From the human T2T-CHM13v2.0 reference genome, Homo sapiens, in the NCBI GenBank assembly GCA_009914755.4, contig CP068257.2, positions 25,664,001 to 25,728,000 on the forward strand: a DNA stretch of 64,000 bases, given 5' to 3'. Positions within the stretch are counted from its first letter, which is position 1; every line of letters starts with the position of its first letter. Shown one piece after another: positions 42,716 through 57,301 of this stretch. The notes beneath the pieces were generated by a model. The model was given only the letters and a program-made list of their open reading frames with translations, ran no database searches and was not told the DNA's origin. A program made the position numbers and the translations under genes.

Positions 42716-42754
42716 GAAAGAAAGAAAAAGAAAAGAAAGAAAGAAAGAGAGAGA
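42566..42754. repeat. (GAAA)n microsatellite, ~190 bp with interruptions
   Basis: gaaagaaaaaagaaagaagaagaaaagaaagaaaaaggagagagagaaagaaagaaagagaagaagaagaagaaagaaagaaagaaagaaagaaag...gaaagaaagagagagag. The track ORF 42565-42804 ([10 protein letters not shown]...) is its translation. Confidence 0.9.
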
Positions 42755-43231
<477 letters not shown>

Positions 43232-43596
43232 TCATACCTGAGATTCTATAAGACCTTCTGTTTTATACAGAGGGACAACTAGAATTGGTATGGTTTCATA
43301 AATGAAATAAATAGATGTTGGTTTATATATTGTATATTATATATTCATCTTGAAATTGAACATCAAATTTAATTTTAATTTTATTTTGAAATTATTTTTA
43401 AAATAATTTTTATTTTTTAATTTAATCGTATTGTGGAAGATATCATTAATGCTGCAGAGAATGTATATTAGAAAGTATATTTTAAAGAATATTTGTTAAG
43501 TGAATAGAACTACCACATTGCCTGTGTCTTAAAAGCTTTATAAGTCCCTTCCAAATTGCCTCCCATTTCTGTTTGCAAAGCAAGAGAATCCCAGTG

Positions 43597-43850
43597 TGTT
43601 AGTCAGTGTTCTCCACAGAAACAGAACCAATAGACTGGAGACCTAAGGAAGGATTGATGTTGCAGTCCTGAGTCTGAAGGCTGAGTCTTTTCTCTTAAGG
43701 CCTTCACCTGACTGAATGAGGCCCATTGCATTATGGAGGGTAATCAGCTTTACCCCCAGTGCTACTAATTTAAATGTTAATTACATCTAAAAAATGCTTT
43801 CACATCAATGTCTAGGCACCAAGTCGACATAAAATTGACAATCACACCCA
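43597..43850 (+). mobile_element. MLT1-like MaLR LTR fragment, internally deleted
   Basis: tgtgttagtcagtgttctccacagaaacagaaccaatagactggagacctaaggaaggattgatgttgcagtcctgagtctgaaggctgagtc...gaggcccattgcattatggagggtaatcagctttaccc...ctaatttaaatgttaattacatctaaaaaatgctttcacatcaatgtctaggcaccaagtcgacataaaattgacaatcacacc has the MLT1 5' and 3' consensus blocks. Confidence 0.55.
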
Positions 43851-45974
43851 GGAAGTATCTCAAGCATGTAAATTTAGATGTTCATATCCAGGTGAAAAGA
43901 GATATATGGAATATACTATTATATGTTACTCTATACCTCATAATTATGCTTTTTAAACTTGGGGAGGCCTTAGTTACATGTTCAGTTGGCTTAATGAATG
44001 GCAGTCAGTATATTGAATCTATGAATAATAACAAACCCATAAATACAATGTTTACTTTTACAACTTGGCAAGAATTTGTTTTGAGTATCAAATTGGGGGA
44101 AAATCCAAAATGCATGCCAATTTTGTAGTGCTTAGCCCTCTAACATAATAATTAACTCTTATAAAAGCTATTGATAGCTTTTATTTTCTTTTGCTACCAA
44201 TCATGCAAATGTGGAATGTACTTGAATTGAAAAATATTCACTTTCCCTTACTGCTGCCAACCTGTCTCTGTATCCCATCACAGACTTCATCCAGGATATC
44301 TGTGTTTATTTTCTGTTTCCTCATCACTGGTTAATTCTTCAACTTATTCTTATTTGGATTCTACCTCTATCATCATTTTATTGGAACAACTCATTTTATG
44401 CAATCTCTAAAAAATGTACAATACCTGTGACTTTGCCCGTGTCTTAAAAAAAAGCAAAACTAGTTTCAGTTGCCAAAGATAGACATCATTCACCTATAGC
44501 TCAGGCTGGAGGTAAATATTAGAAGTGCTGTTGTATCAGCTATCCCTGAATAGGTAGGATTGAAGCTGTGATTATATATTAAGTCAACCAGAAAGCGAGT
44601 ATGGACTGCTAAGGAAGAGGAGTTAGAATGAAATGTCAACGCTCAATGCCTGAAGAGAACAGGGGAGTAAATAGAAAAATCAGCGGATGTGTGGTCTTTT
44701 AGAAGAAACAAGTTACTTTGAAAAAGGTAGTGGTGAACATTTTTGAAAGCGGATGAAATGTCAAGAAAGATTAAACCTTAAATATATACAATGAGAAGAC
44801 ATATAGGGGCCTAGCAGAGGGAGGCAACGGATTAAAGTGAGTTGAAGAATAATGAAAAATCTGCTAAAAATATACAATTCTGAATTATTTTGTACTGCAT
44901 AAAATATGACTCAACTGATGTGACCTCATTCTATATCTAGCTTCATTTTCTATTGCTAAATTGACTTTCAAAATGTGCCCCGTAATGAAGGTACTTATCC
45001 TCTTATTTTATTCTCTCATTTCACCATTCTATTAATTCATCCAAAAATATTCATTGAGTTATAACTATGTGTTACTACCATCTGGGAACTGAAAACTCAG
45101 CAACAAACAAATAATGATGAAGTCTCTGCCATACATACTACATTTATTTAGTCAAATTGTAGCAGTCGGGATGGTTTAGCCAGGTTTGCTGGGGAAACAA
45201 CCATCCATGTAATCTCAGAGGCTTACAATAATAAATCAACACTTACTTCATATTCAAACTGCATGTAGGCTGAAGTCAGCTGCAATCCTCATCCATATAT
45301 TTTTATTCCAGGACCCATACAGAAAGCAGAAACAAACAGGCAAAGAAATTTCATTAGTACCTTTTAAAGTTTCTTCTCAAAAACAGTATACATCGTGCCT
45401 ACATTTATTCCATTGACTAAAGCACATCACATAGTCAGGTCAAACATCAATGGAGCAGAGAATATATATTCTGTCCATAAGGGGCCCCTTAAGCCTGATG
45501 TCAATGAGCAACAATGTATAATTTTCTTACAGGAAAGGAAGAATGAATAACTGCACGATAAAACAACCTAGCACAGGTATTTACTCCTGTATTTTACCTA
45601 CAAAGCCATCCTATAAATATCTAAGAAAATATGGCTCAGCTTTAAAGCATCAGCAATAATACTGCTGCACTGCTTGTGATTCTTAAAAATGGCTTGATGT
45701 TGGGCATCAACATTAAGACTTGTATTATTTTATCATTTTACTTAATACGATTACTTGTTTCCTTCCTTGGGAATGCTAGGAATTATTGATATACTGTATT
45801 TTTTTATTTCTACTAGGACATTCTGCATTAGGAAAAAGTTATACTTTTTATAAAGCATCCCAAATAAATCAATTCATTGAGTCATTAGAAGATATTTACT
45901 TGAGTTTCTACAATATATTCCAATCACAACTGGACACACACACAGTATAAACAAATTGTCCAAAATTTATTTCA

Positions 45975-47102
<1,128 letters not shown>

Positions 47103-49266
47103 CAGGGCTTCCTGTTTGGTCTCTTTCCCACCCACTACGCTCTACAATCAGTGGAACACTGGGCCCCAGGCTCCTTCTAACAGAGTTCTCGTCAATCAGT
47201 CCCACGTGGGTCAAATCTGATTATCTTCCCTCACAACCACAACCTGCTATGTTTTGTTTAATGTCATTTCTCAACCTTTAGGAAAAATCTAGCCTCATTA
47301 TTATGGTACACAGTGCCTGGGCTCTTCTTTTTCTTCTTGTTCATTTCCTGGGCCTTTCCTCTGTCTCACAACCTAGAGCAACTCTAGGCTTCTTTCCCTT
47401 CCTAGAGCACATGCATTTTGATGTCTCCTCATTTTCTGCCTAGAAGGCTGCCCTCACCCATTCATCTTTCCTTAGGACTTTTCCTGACCCTTTAATGTAA
47501 ACAGGATCCCTATAATATTTGCTCCCATCACCCTGTATGTTTCCTTTATACTGATATCATAATATGTAGCTAGACATGTTTGCAGCATTTTTTAAATGTT
47601 TGCTCCGCCCTCTAGACCTTGGATGCTCAGAGCATGATCTCCTGCACTGGCATTGGTGGAGAGCTCTAAGGCAAGATAAATATAAGCATTCAGAGTAAGC
47701 ATTTCAAAATATCTGCAGCAATTTCACATTGCCAGGCCATAAAGGTTTCTGATCAATGGGATTATTTCTGACCAGGGTATAGTACAGTTAATTGTTGTGG
47801 ATCACATATGATCTAAGCTGTATGCTAGTCATATGTAGCAGAATCACATAGCAACAAATGACACTTTAAGGTTAGTTTGTGCACTATAACCCAAGTGTGT
47901 GTCAAATTTTGAGAAAATGTAAGCCTTTGTATGCTTAAAAAAATTTTTAGGTGCACTTTACTTTTTAATGATGCCTGTTTTTCAAATTATAATGTAACAT
48001 TATTAGTTATACTAAGAAAATACAATTTACATTATTTAAGTTTAATGCCAATTAACACGGAGAGAAATAAGTTTCTCTGGGCTTGTTACGAGAAGGCATA
48101 GATTCTCAGCTACAGACATTTTAGGTTAAATAATGGTGAAGAAAAACAGTAGGGAAAAGCTAAAGACCAAAAAGAGTTCATACTTGTTTTACTTAGAAGT
48201 ACGTATCCTAGTACATTGAGATCAGTTTTCTAACCATAATTGATGATACTATGCTAAAACTATGGTGCCTCATTTGTGGAGTTGCATTGCATAGTGAAGG
48301 GATGAAACAATGAACACCTATGTGGTATTTACATAAAAGATATAAATAAAAGTGTTCAAAACCACTTTCTCTGTATAAGAGTATTTAATTGAAAAGCCTA
48401 CAGAAGCAGATGCTCAACATTTCACATATGAATATTGATGCTATGTGTCTTATTGTAAAACAGCACTTTGGGTTGCTAAGACTAAAGAAAATGTATACAA
48501 TTGCTGAGACAGTGAAGTATGGTATCAAAGATACTTATTTGGAAATGCAATGTGAATCTGTATTACAAAGTCAATCAAATACCACTTTGCAGTAACACTG
48601 TATACTCAGGAGCTGAGTGATGATCTAGAAGACCAACTCACTGAACAAGTAAAACTAGTAAAGTGTTTTTCATTGTGATTAGACTAATGCACTGATACTG
48701 CTAACATGGCAACTCTTTTAGTGTAGTCCATTTTCAACATTATATTGATATTATGGAACTTTTTTCTTCATCGCTCATGTAAACTGACTAGATCTGAACC
48801 CTATGATATGAACTGTCAACTGGTGTAGTTTAGAGATTACGTTTCACATGCATGTTTCTGTGGCATAATATCTATTACAGAAAACATTCTTGAATGGTTA
48901 CCCAGATATGGTGCTTTTGTTAAAATGCAAATCAACACAGTTTTCTTTATCAAAAACGTCTTGCATGGCATTAAATGTCAGCTTTAAAAAGTCACTGATG
49001 GCATGGTAAAATTTTGTGAGTTAAGTAAATGTCAATACATTAAATTCAAGATTATTTTACATATCAAGTAATAATATGGAAGCTGATTACGAACTCAAAT
49101 TATTTCATAAAGAGCCATGCAGTTCATGGAGAGCAATAGTTCTGTGGAAAGCACTTCAATTACTGAATAAACTTTTAATGTTTCACTTCTTAAGAAACCA
49201 GTTTGGTCCACCAATTTAAAGCTGTTCAGTGATAGGCAGGGTTACTTGTTTATCTGATATTTTTTA

Positions 49267-49487
49267 TGTATTTAATGATATTAATATTTTTAGGTATTGT
49301 AGAAATAGAACAAGTTTTTCAATGACAGAAAATGAAACTTTGAGAATTTATGGAATCTAGTTTTACAGTTTATATATGGAATATAGTATGTATTTAATGA
49401 TATTAATATTTTTAGGCATTGTAGAAATAAAACAAGTTTTTCAATGACAGAAAATGAAACTTTGAGAATTTATGGAATCTGGTTTTA
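49267..49487. repeat. Tandem duplication: two ~99-bp copies (3 mismatches), period 122 bp
   Basis: Copy 1 at 49267-49365: tgtatttaatgatattaatatttttaggtattgtagaaatagaacaagtttttcaatgacagaaaatgaaactttgagaatttatggaatctagtttta. Copy 2 at 49389-49487: tgtatttaatgatattaatatttttaggcattgtagaaataaaacaagtttttcaatgacagaaaatgaaactttgagaatttatggaatctggtttta. Spacer cagtttatatatggaatatagta. Confidence 0.85.
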
Positions 49488-50729
49488 TGGCAAGCTAATA
49501 ACAATTACCAGTGAGGTAGGTGTTAATGTTGTTATTGAACACCTGCAAAAGGTTATCACCAAACATTTAATCAAGGGTTTGGAATTTTATTTTTTTTACC
49601 AAAAATGTGTCACACATAAGAAATGCATGGATCTGAAAACCATTCTCATTGAAAGATAATTCAAATTTAATAATAAGGATAAATTTATAGAACTAGCTAC
49701 TGGTGGAATCACTGAAGTTGTGTTTTGAAAGCACATCATCACTTACTTCATTTTTGGATATCAGTTAAAAACATACATGGTGAGCTAGATGAAATTACTT
49801 TAAAGGCTCTTGCTCTGTTTCTAACAATACAGCTCCACAGATTGTTTTGGGCACAATGAGTGTCACTAAAACAGGAACCTAGAAATAGTGCAGATAATTA
49901 TGAGTAAATGAACGTTGTGAATAAAACGTAGCCTAGACATGTTAACGGAAGAAATGAACTGTTTGCATTTATTCATATCAAAATCTTTAAATGTGTTTAT
50001 ACAAAGTATTCTCAAAGTGTGCATATAAGTTTTCATTGAATGAAATCACATTTCACTTATACATTTTGTTTAGCTGAGATTGTAGAAAGACAAATAGTAT
50101 ATTAGCAATTCTCAATATTAATGGCTATGTATATACTCTTAATAAAAATATATAGTCTTTTGGAAATTATTTTCTTCATATACCATATTTGTTCTGATTA
50201 TATGTATAAAAATGGAGAGATATTCCTGATTCTACAAAAAGGTTTTGCAGTTTATGTATCTTTGTTTAATTTTAGTTTTCTAGTAATTTATTTTCATCAT
50301 ATTTTTCCATAGTATTCATTCACAATAAATTAAAATACTGGCTCTTTGCAATAAATACTACTTTTACCTTTTTAGTTTTGAAATAATTACAGATTCATTA
50401 GAAGTTGGGAAGATAGTACAGAGAAGTCCCATGTAACTTACATCAAGTTTCTTCCAAAGGTTACATCTTACAGAACTCTATACAATAAAAAACAGAATGT
50501 TGACATTAATACCATGTATGTATAGAGTATTTTCATTTTATCACTGTTAGATTGGTATGACGACCACTCCAATCAAGATAACACAAAGATCTTACAGCGC
50601 GACCTCTTTAGAGTCTCATCCATCCCCTTCCACCTCCGATGTCCATAAACCCTGGAAAACAAAAATTTGTTCTTCCATGTCCATAGTTTTTTCATTTCAA
50701 TAATGTTGTATTTTTAGGCTGTTGAGGAA

Positions 50730-51395
50730 CCTCTATACAGTTTTCCATAATAGAAATTCTTCAAAAAAACTAAAAATATGGCGTTCTTAAAATGACAAAA
50801 TTATAAAAAATGGAGAACAAATTTTACCATTTGATCCAGAAATCCCATTTCTGAGATTTCTAAAAAATTCCGTATATCTAAAAGATATCTGCATTCCCCA
50901 TGTTCATCACAGTATTGTCTATAATAGACATGGGATCAATCTATGTCCATCAACAGATGAATTGATAAAGAAAACATGGTATTTATAAACAATGGAATAC
51001 TACTCAGCCTCGATGAAGAAAATTCTGTCATTTGCAACAACATAGTTGAATCTGGAAGACATCATGCAAAGTGAAATAAACCAAGTACAGAAGAGAAAAA
51101 CTGCATGTTCTCACTTATATGCAAAACTAAAACAATCTAAGAAGCAGATAATAGAAAAGAGGTTACCAGAGCCTGGAGGTGAGGCAGGGATGAGAGTGAA
51201 AGGAAGAATGATGATATGTCAGTCAAAAGATCAATTTGAAGTTAAATAGGAGGAGTAAATAATGAGTATTTAAGGTGCTAGATATATAAACTTATTTGAT
51301 TCAATCATCTCACACTGTATATGATAGATATATACATGACTGTGTCTCCTATAATTATATATAATTATAATTCAAAAATAATTAAAGCTATTAAA
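50730..51395 (+). mobile_element. Old L1M-type LINE 3'-end fragment
   Basis: ccatttgatccagaaatcccatttctgagatttctaaaaaattccgtatatctaaaagatatctgcattccccatgttcatcacagtattgtctataatagacatgggatcaatctatgtccatcaacagatgaattgataaagaaaacatggtatttataaacaatggaatactactcagcc...gaaataaaccaagtacagaagagaaaaactgcatgttctcacttatatgc resembles the L1MB 3' end (ccatatgatccagcaatcccactcctgggtatatatccaaagg...gtccatcaacagatgaatggataaagaaaatgtggtacatatacacaatggaatactattcagcc). Confidence 0.7.
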
Positions 51396-54300
51396 AAAGA
51401 AACGAATGTTGTATTAATAGAATATTGAAGTATGTAATATTTTTAGATTTTTTTTTTACTCCGAATAAATCCCTTGAGATCTATTTAAGCACTGGAAGTT
51501 AGAATTCTAACATGCATTTTAGTAGAACACAATTCAACTCATAACAATACAATTATGGCTGACATTGGTCTGTAATTTTCTTTTTCTTTAAGGTATTTTT
51601 CAACTTTTCATGTAGTATTAGCCTGATCTTATATAATAATAGTCCCTCCTCCTCTTTTTTTGCTGAAAAAGTGTGTATAACCTTGATTTTATTTATTTAG
51701 TTTTAGACAGAATTTACCAGTACAACTATCTCAGCGTGGAACTTTCTTTATGGAGACAAATTTAATTGCCTTAATGGAGATTAGGATTACTCAGATTTTC
51801 TTTCTTATTGTTAATTTTGATAAATTGTATTTTTTAAGAAAGTTGTCTATTTGTTTTATTTTGTCAAGTTTGTTGGTATATCATTCTTAATAACATTCTA
51901 CACTATTCTTTAATGTTTGTAGTATTTAATGCCTTTGATTACACTGCTATCATTAAAAGGTATTAACCCACTTTTCCAACCACGCTATTATAATGAATAG
52001 AACTTCCTCGTAAGAATTTCTTCATCATTCATTCTTTCAGTATATTCACTAAACATCCTGTAAATCCCAGAAAACAGAGGCCGGGACAGATTAGATGTAC
52101 TTTCTGCCTTCACAGAGCCAATGGTCTAGTGGATTATGTGGCTATTAAGTAAGAATTTGGAAGTGTGTTTGGTATAATGATATGAAGACCATATGTTTCA
52201 AGAAAACTTTAATGAGTCTAAAGGGTAAATAGAATTTAGTTAAACAAAGAGAAGAAGAAAGCACTGTCTAGTCAAATAGAAAGCTAAAGAAAAATTTCAG
52301 AAGCAAGAAATGATGAAGTATAATCCAAGAAGTTAAATTAAAAAAAAAAATCAGCATTGCCAGATATAGACTGCAAAAGGGGGAGACAGCAATAAGAAAT
52401 TATACTGAATAAGTATGTGTGGCCAAAGGATACAGTGCTTGTAAGTGTTCATGAGATGCGACATTTTCCTAAATGGGATGGGAAAGTATTAAATTCTTTT
52501 TAGCACATGGAAGTAATTATCAGATTTGCATTTTCCAAATGTTACTGAGGACTTGACGTATAGAAAGTATCGGCAAGAAAGCAGACTGTAAGCAAGGAGG
52601 TGAATTAAGACTTTGTTCCGATGACCTACACAAAAGATGATGATGGCTTGACCAAGAGGTAACAGGGCAGTTTTAGAAAAGGAGATGGATATGTCTACCA
52701 GAATTGACTCAACCTTATGATTGATTGAAATTGCCAAGTAAGGGAGACAATGCAATCAAGAGTGACACATAGATTTCTGGCTTAGGTAATTAGGTAGATG
52801 GGGTTGACATAAAACGAGAAACCTACAGGGGGAAATGTTCTCCCAGGGAGAGTGTTATTTTTGAACAGGATGAATTTGAATGGGCTCTAGGCTACCTAGT
52901 AGAAAAATTATGTAATATAATCAACTTACTTGAACTCTGTTGAGTTTGAAATAGGTAGCTTCATATTGATACCTATGCTCAATGCTTAGCTTTACAGGTG
53001 CTGGCAAAAAGAAAGTGGGTATGAACTGGTTTGGGGTTTTGCCAGAGTTCTTGGAAGAGCAGAATTCAGAGAGATCAAATATTCTCCAAGTAATTAAAGA
53101 TTGGGTCATGAAATCTAAGCTTGATGGGTTGAAAAATAAGGAGAAAAGAATAGTGGGTGTAGAAAAAGTAGAGAGAGCCAATGAGATATAAGTCTCAGGG
53201 AAGTGGAGAAAGAGTTCCAGTGGAAGAAGATTAACAGAGTAACTTGAAAAAAGGAAAATTGTAGTTAAAAATTGAATGTATTTGTCTGGAACTTCTGACG
53301 CTATCCTGGATGGGTGATGAAATTTTGAATGATGAGAGAGGAAAAGACAAATGTGTAGAGGAAGAAGAGCAGACATGAGAGCCTTGAGTGAGACTCTTAG
53401 AACTTCCTACAAATGTCTTTGTAATTGGACTCATGTGTCATCTCCTCTATGAAACTGCAGGTCGCTTAATGTCCAGGTCTGTACCTTACTCTCCCTTCAA
53501 TCAACAGACGAGCCCACTAGCATGCTGTCATGTGTAAAACAAGGACTCCATAACTAAATCTTGTATCAATAAATGAATGTGGTGATTTGTCTAAAAGTCA
53601 GATTATAAAATTACTCAATAACAACCACAGAGCAAGTAGTTCCAAAATGATATAATTCCCAGAATTTTATAGAACATCATTGATTATCTCATAGCCAGAA
53701 AAATTCCAAATCTTTTCATGGCTTGTTATCTTCTTGAATTGCCTACTAAATCCTACTGATAAGGTCCTTATAGAGAAGTAATTCTACAGTAGTGTGATTA
53801 CCAGGTATTAAAGTCTTAAGAAAAAAAAAGATTTCCTATAGCAATAGCTTCATATACAAAATTTTAGAAATAAAGCAGTAGAAAGCATTAACACAGGCCT
53901 AGGACAACTCTAAGCAGGAAATAAAACCTTATATTTTATTTTCATTTTTATTTTCATAGAGAGTAGCAGAAGGGCACCCCTTCTTGAGAATCAGCTTCAA
54001 AGGGTGAACAATACTGTCTTTACTTAACAGACAGCCTTTTTAAAAAACAACCTTGAGAGTATCATGCAAACTGACTTTTTAATGGTTTTGGGCAACATGT
54101 TTACATTTTAAACTTGTGGGTTTGCATTTTTCTTTATTTTCAAAGTTCAATCTGTCAGCTGGTTGGAATTTGTAATTTATGGCTCTGCAGCAATCCAAAG
54201 TTCCTTATCCTTAAGTGATCCCATTCCCATGGAAGTTTATGTTAGAGAGATTTCTAAAAAATCTTAAAAGTAAAGACAATATTTTGGAATCATTATGTGA

Positions 54301-55723
54301 TGTTTCTAAATATGTTCTTCTATGTTGATATCCCTGTAATTTTTGAAAGATCTTTGATACTACACAATGAGGAAAAAAAGAAATCTTAATCAATGAAATG
54401 TCAAGTCCTTAAAATATCTCCCGTAATACTTCCCTTCTGAGTATTTTATTTCAGCTTCAGATGTGTATTTTTCCTCTTAAGTTAATTTCTCTAATCCTTA
54501 TTGATTCCCTACTATATGCTTGTTACTTCACATAACATTAATAATTAAAAAGAGAAATAATATCAATAACAGTCTCTAACTTGAAGTGTTTATGGTCAGT
54601 TGCAGTGAAAATCAACATCAAAACAGGTAATATGAAGTTTAGGACACATTGTTGGGACTACCAGCCAAAAGTCTGGTGAGGTTGAAGATACAATAACATA
54701 TAGAAGAATACACTGATCATCATTCAGCTGTGTTTTATTTGAGTAAGCTAAACTGCTTTACTTTTATCTAATGCAGAATTTTTTAACGTTGTATTTATTT
54801 GCTTAAAACAAAAGAGTTACTCTATACAAGTTTTGTAGTCTGTGATTTCTTTTTGAAACCTTTCAGGATTAAATCAAAATATGGCTTCAGAGTTATAACA
54901 GTAACTTAAAAGCACAGAAGCCAAATATTTACCAGAACTGTAAAACTGTAAAACTAAAGTGTAAAACACTTCAGTTTAAAACTATTCACATTATTTCTAG
55001 CTTGAAAGTGCTAGAAATACATCAAAATTGGCCTTTATTAATTGAGAAGTTAATTTGACATGTTAGTGACATTTCTCCAGGTTAATGTATTTATTGCAAG
55101 AAAATGTGGGTGCTTTATAGGAAAATATTTGCTTAATTTAGGTGAACTATTTTTTTCTTATTTTATTTCTAAGATTTTGTAGAAAGAGAAAATCTCATAT
55201 TCTGTTTCTCGTTGGTTTCTCATTGGTATAAGTGTGCCCCACGGAGCATTGACTCATTCACATTTCACATAGAGGATGTGTAATTTGGCCCCTCTGGGTA
55301 GAGAGAAGCAGATACCCGTGGGTCCAGCATGACCATGTGAAGGTAAGTCTTTCCTTGTCAGCCAATGCATCGCATGAGGGTGCCAAACTTCTACTGGTGG
55401 TAGAGCAGGGGGAGTAGTCTGGACCTGGGAAGTCCCTGAGTTATCGTTACGTCTGTCCCTTAGAAAATAGGCAAGGGCCAGGATCAAAGACAGGATGAAT
55501 ACATAAGCTGGTAGGTATGGGAGGATTTTATATGATGCGTAACTAGGTCTACAACACTATCATTTTTTATTGTTTTTAAAAAACCTTGATATCCTTCTTC
55601 ACACGGAGTTAGTGGTTTTGTTCTTCAGCTACTTGCACTGAGGCTATAAACTTGTTCAGACTTTACCTTCTGTCTCACAGTATCAGCTATATTGATGATG
55701 GTGGCAATTGCTGTAAAATACAA

Positions 55724-55848
55724 CCCCCTAGATGTTAGTGGAGAGTAAAATTTATTCTTGCTCCATCAAGTTCAGTGCAGATATAGTCAGCCTTCAGCGG
55801 TGCTCTTCCCCATGGTGAGCCAAAGTTCCAAGCTCCTCTTATGTAGTT
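55724..55848. repeat. Copy A of a ~115-125 bp direct repeat pair (partner at 57187-57301)
   Basis: ccccctagatgttagtggagagtaaaatttattcttgctccatcaagttcagtgcagatatagtcagccttcagcggtgctcttccccatggtgagccaaagttccaagctcctc is ~85% identical to copy B, in the same orientation. Confidence 0.6.
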
Positions 55849-57186
55849 ATCTTCTACTGTTGCTAAGTATTTCAGAGTCATCTGGAGTCCTGAAGTCTTC
55901 TACAAATCCCTTCCATTTGGACATCAAACAAGAGAAGAAGGACCTTTAATGAAATAACTTACATTTTTTCTACCAATATCCCATCAGCCGAAACTACTCT
56001 CTCTCCCCACTCCTCCAACACTCTGGAATATAAAACAGATTTATGAGTAACCACCACTCTATTAGGTGCACTTTGAATTTAGTTCTTTCAAAGAGAAACG
56101 GGAATGGGACTGTAGCCACCTCAAGAAATGATACTGGCAAAAGACACATTTGGTATTCCTATTTTATTGCCACAATATGCTGAATTTTGTCTATATTAAG
56201 GAAAAGGTATGCTGTATATCTATCAAGGTATATTGTGCTTGGAGATATGTAATACTCTTTGGAAGATTTTACCTTCTTCACTATTAAGGGAATTGGATTT
56301 TCCAGTCATTGTAAACTGATATTTTGTAACGTTTAATTCCATGCCATAAAAATAATATCAGGGAAAACAATAGCTGTAAGAAATTTATCAAATGCCTCAT
56401 CTTAGCTCATTCTTCAAAAGGCGTATTAGTCTAGTTGGACTTCCATGAAGGTAATAAAAGTGGTAAATATCCAGCTAACATTTTGTAAGCTGAAAAAATT
56501 TTTCTCCGAAAGTAAAATACAGGTCACTGTGTGGTAAAAGAAAATACTCATACTAGCAGAGTACTTAATATAGTAGTTTTATGTGGAAAACATGATGTCT
56601 TTACTAGGTGTAGTTAGTGCTTAGCACATAATGTTATGAATGCATGTCTGCTAAACAGTGCGTTTCTGGCTATCTATAAATATCTGCTTTTGCTTGTATG
56701 ACCTGAATATTAATGGCAAACTTTCCTATAGAATTAAAATGATTAATGAGACTCCTGACTAAGCTGGGGACCTAATTATTTAAGGCCAATTTTGTAATGT
56801 TCACTTAGCTCTCATGTCAATTACTGTATTTCCAAAAGGAGACCCACCAATTGCTAATTATATCAATATTCATATAATCCGATGACAAATTCTCACATTT
56901 TGTGGACGATTGCATCTTCCAAAATGGCCCGTCTTTCATGCTCTTGTTAATGTGATCTTGATTTTCCTCCCATTGCCCATGGTAATGTGCTGCCACCCCT
57001 AACCCCAAGTGTTTCAGCAGAGTAGATTTTTGTGACTATTTCAACCAATAGAATAAGCTAAAATGACGCCATGACAATTCCAAGGTCTGGTTGTAAAAAT
57101 GCTAGGCATATTCACTTTGTTCTCTGAGGATGTTTGCTGTCAGCCACCATGCTAGAAAGAAGTCCAAATCTTCCTCTCCAAAAACA

Positions 57187-57301
57187 CCCCCTCTAGATGT
57201 CAGTGGAGAGTAAAATTTATCCTTACTCCATCAAGTTCAATGCAGACATTCAGCCTTCAGAGGTGCTGTTCCCAATCATGAGCCAGGGGTCCAGGTTCCT
57301 C
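57187..57301. repeat. Copy B of the direct repeat pair (partner at 55724-55848)
   Basis: ccccctctagatgtcagtggagagtaaaatttatccttactccatcaagttcaatgcagacattcagccttcagaggtgctgttcccaatcatgagccaggggtccaggttcctc. Confidence 0.6.

Noticed and set aside
52921-53376. 151-aa minus-strand ORF (MSALLPLHICLFLSHHSKFHHPSRIASEV...)
   Set aside because: Low-complexity, serine/leucine/phenylalanine-rich translation of AT-rich sequence with no domain resemblance. A matching plus-strand ORF overlaps it. Typical chance ORF.
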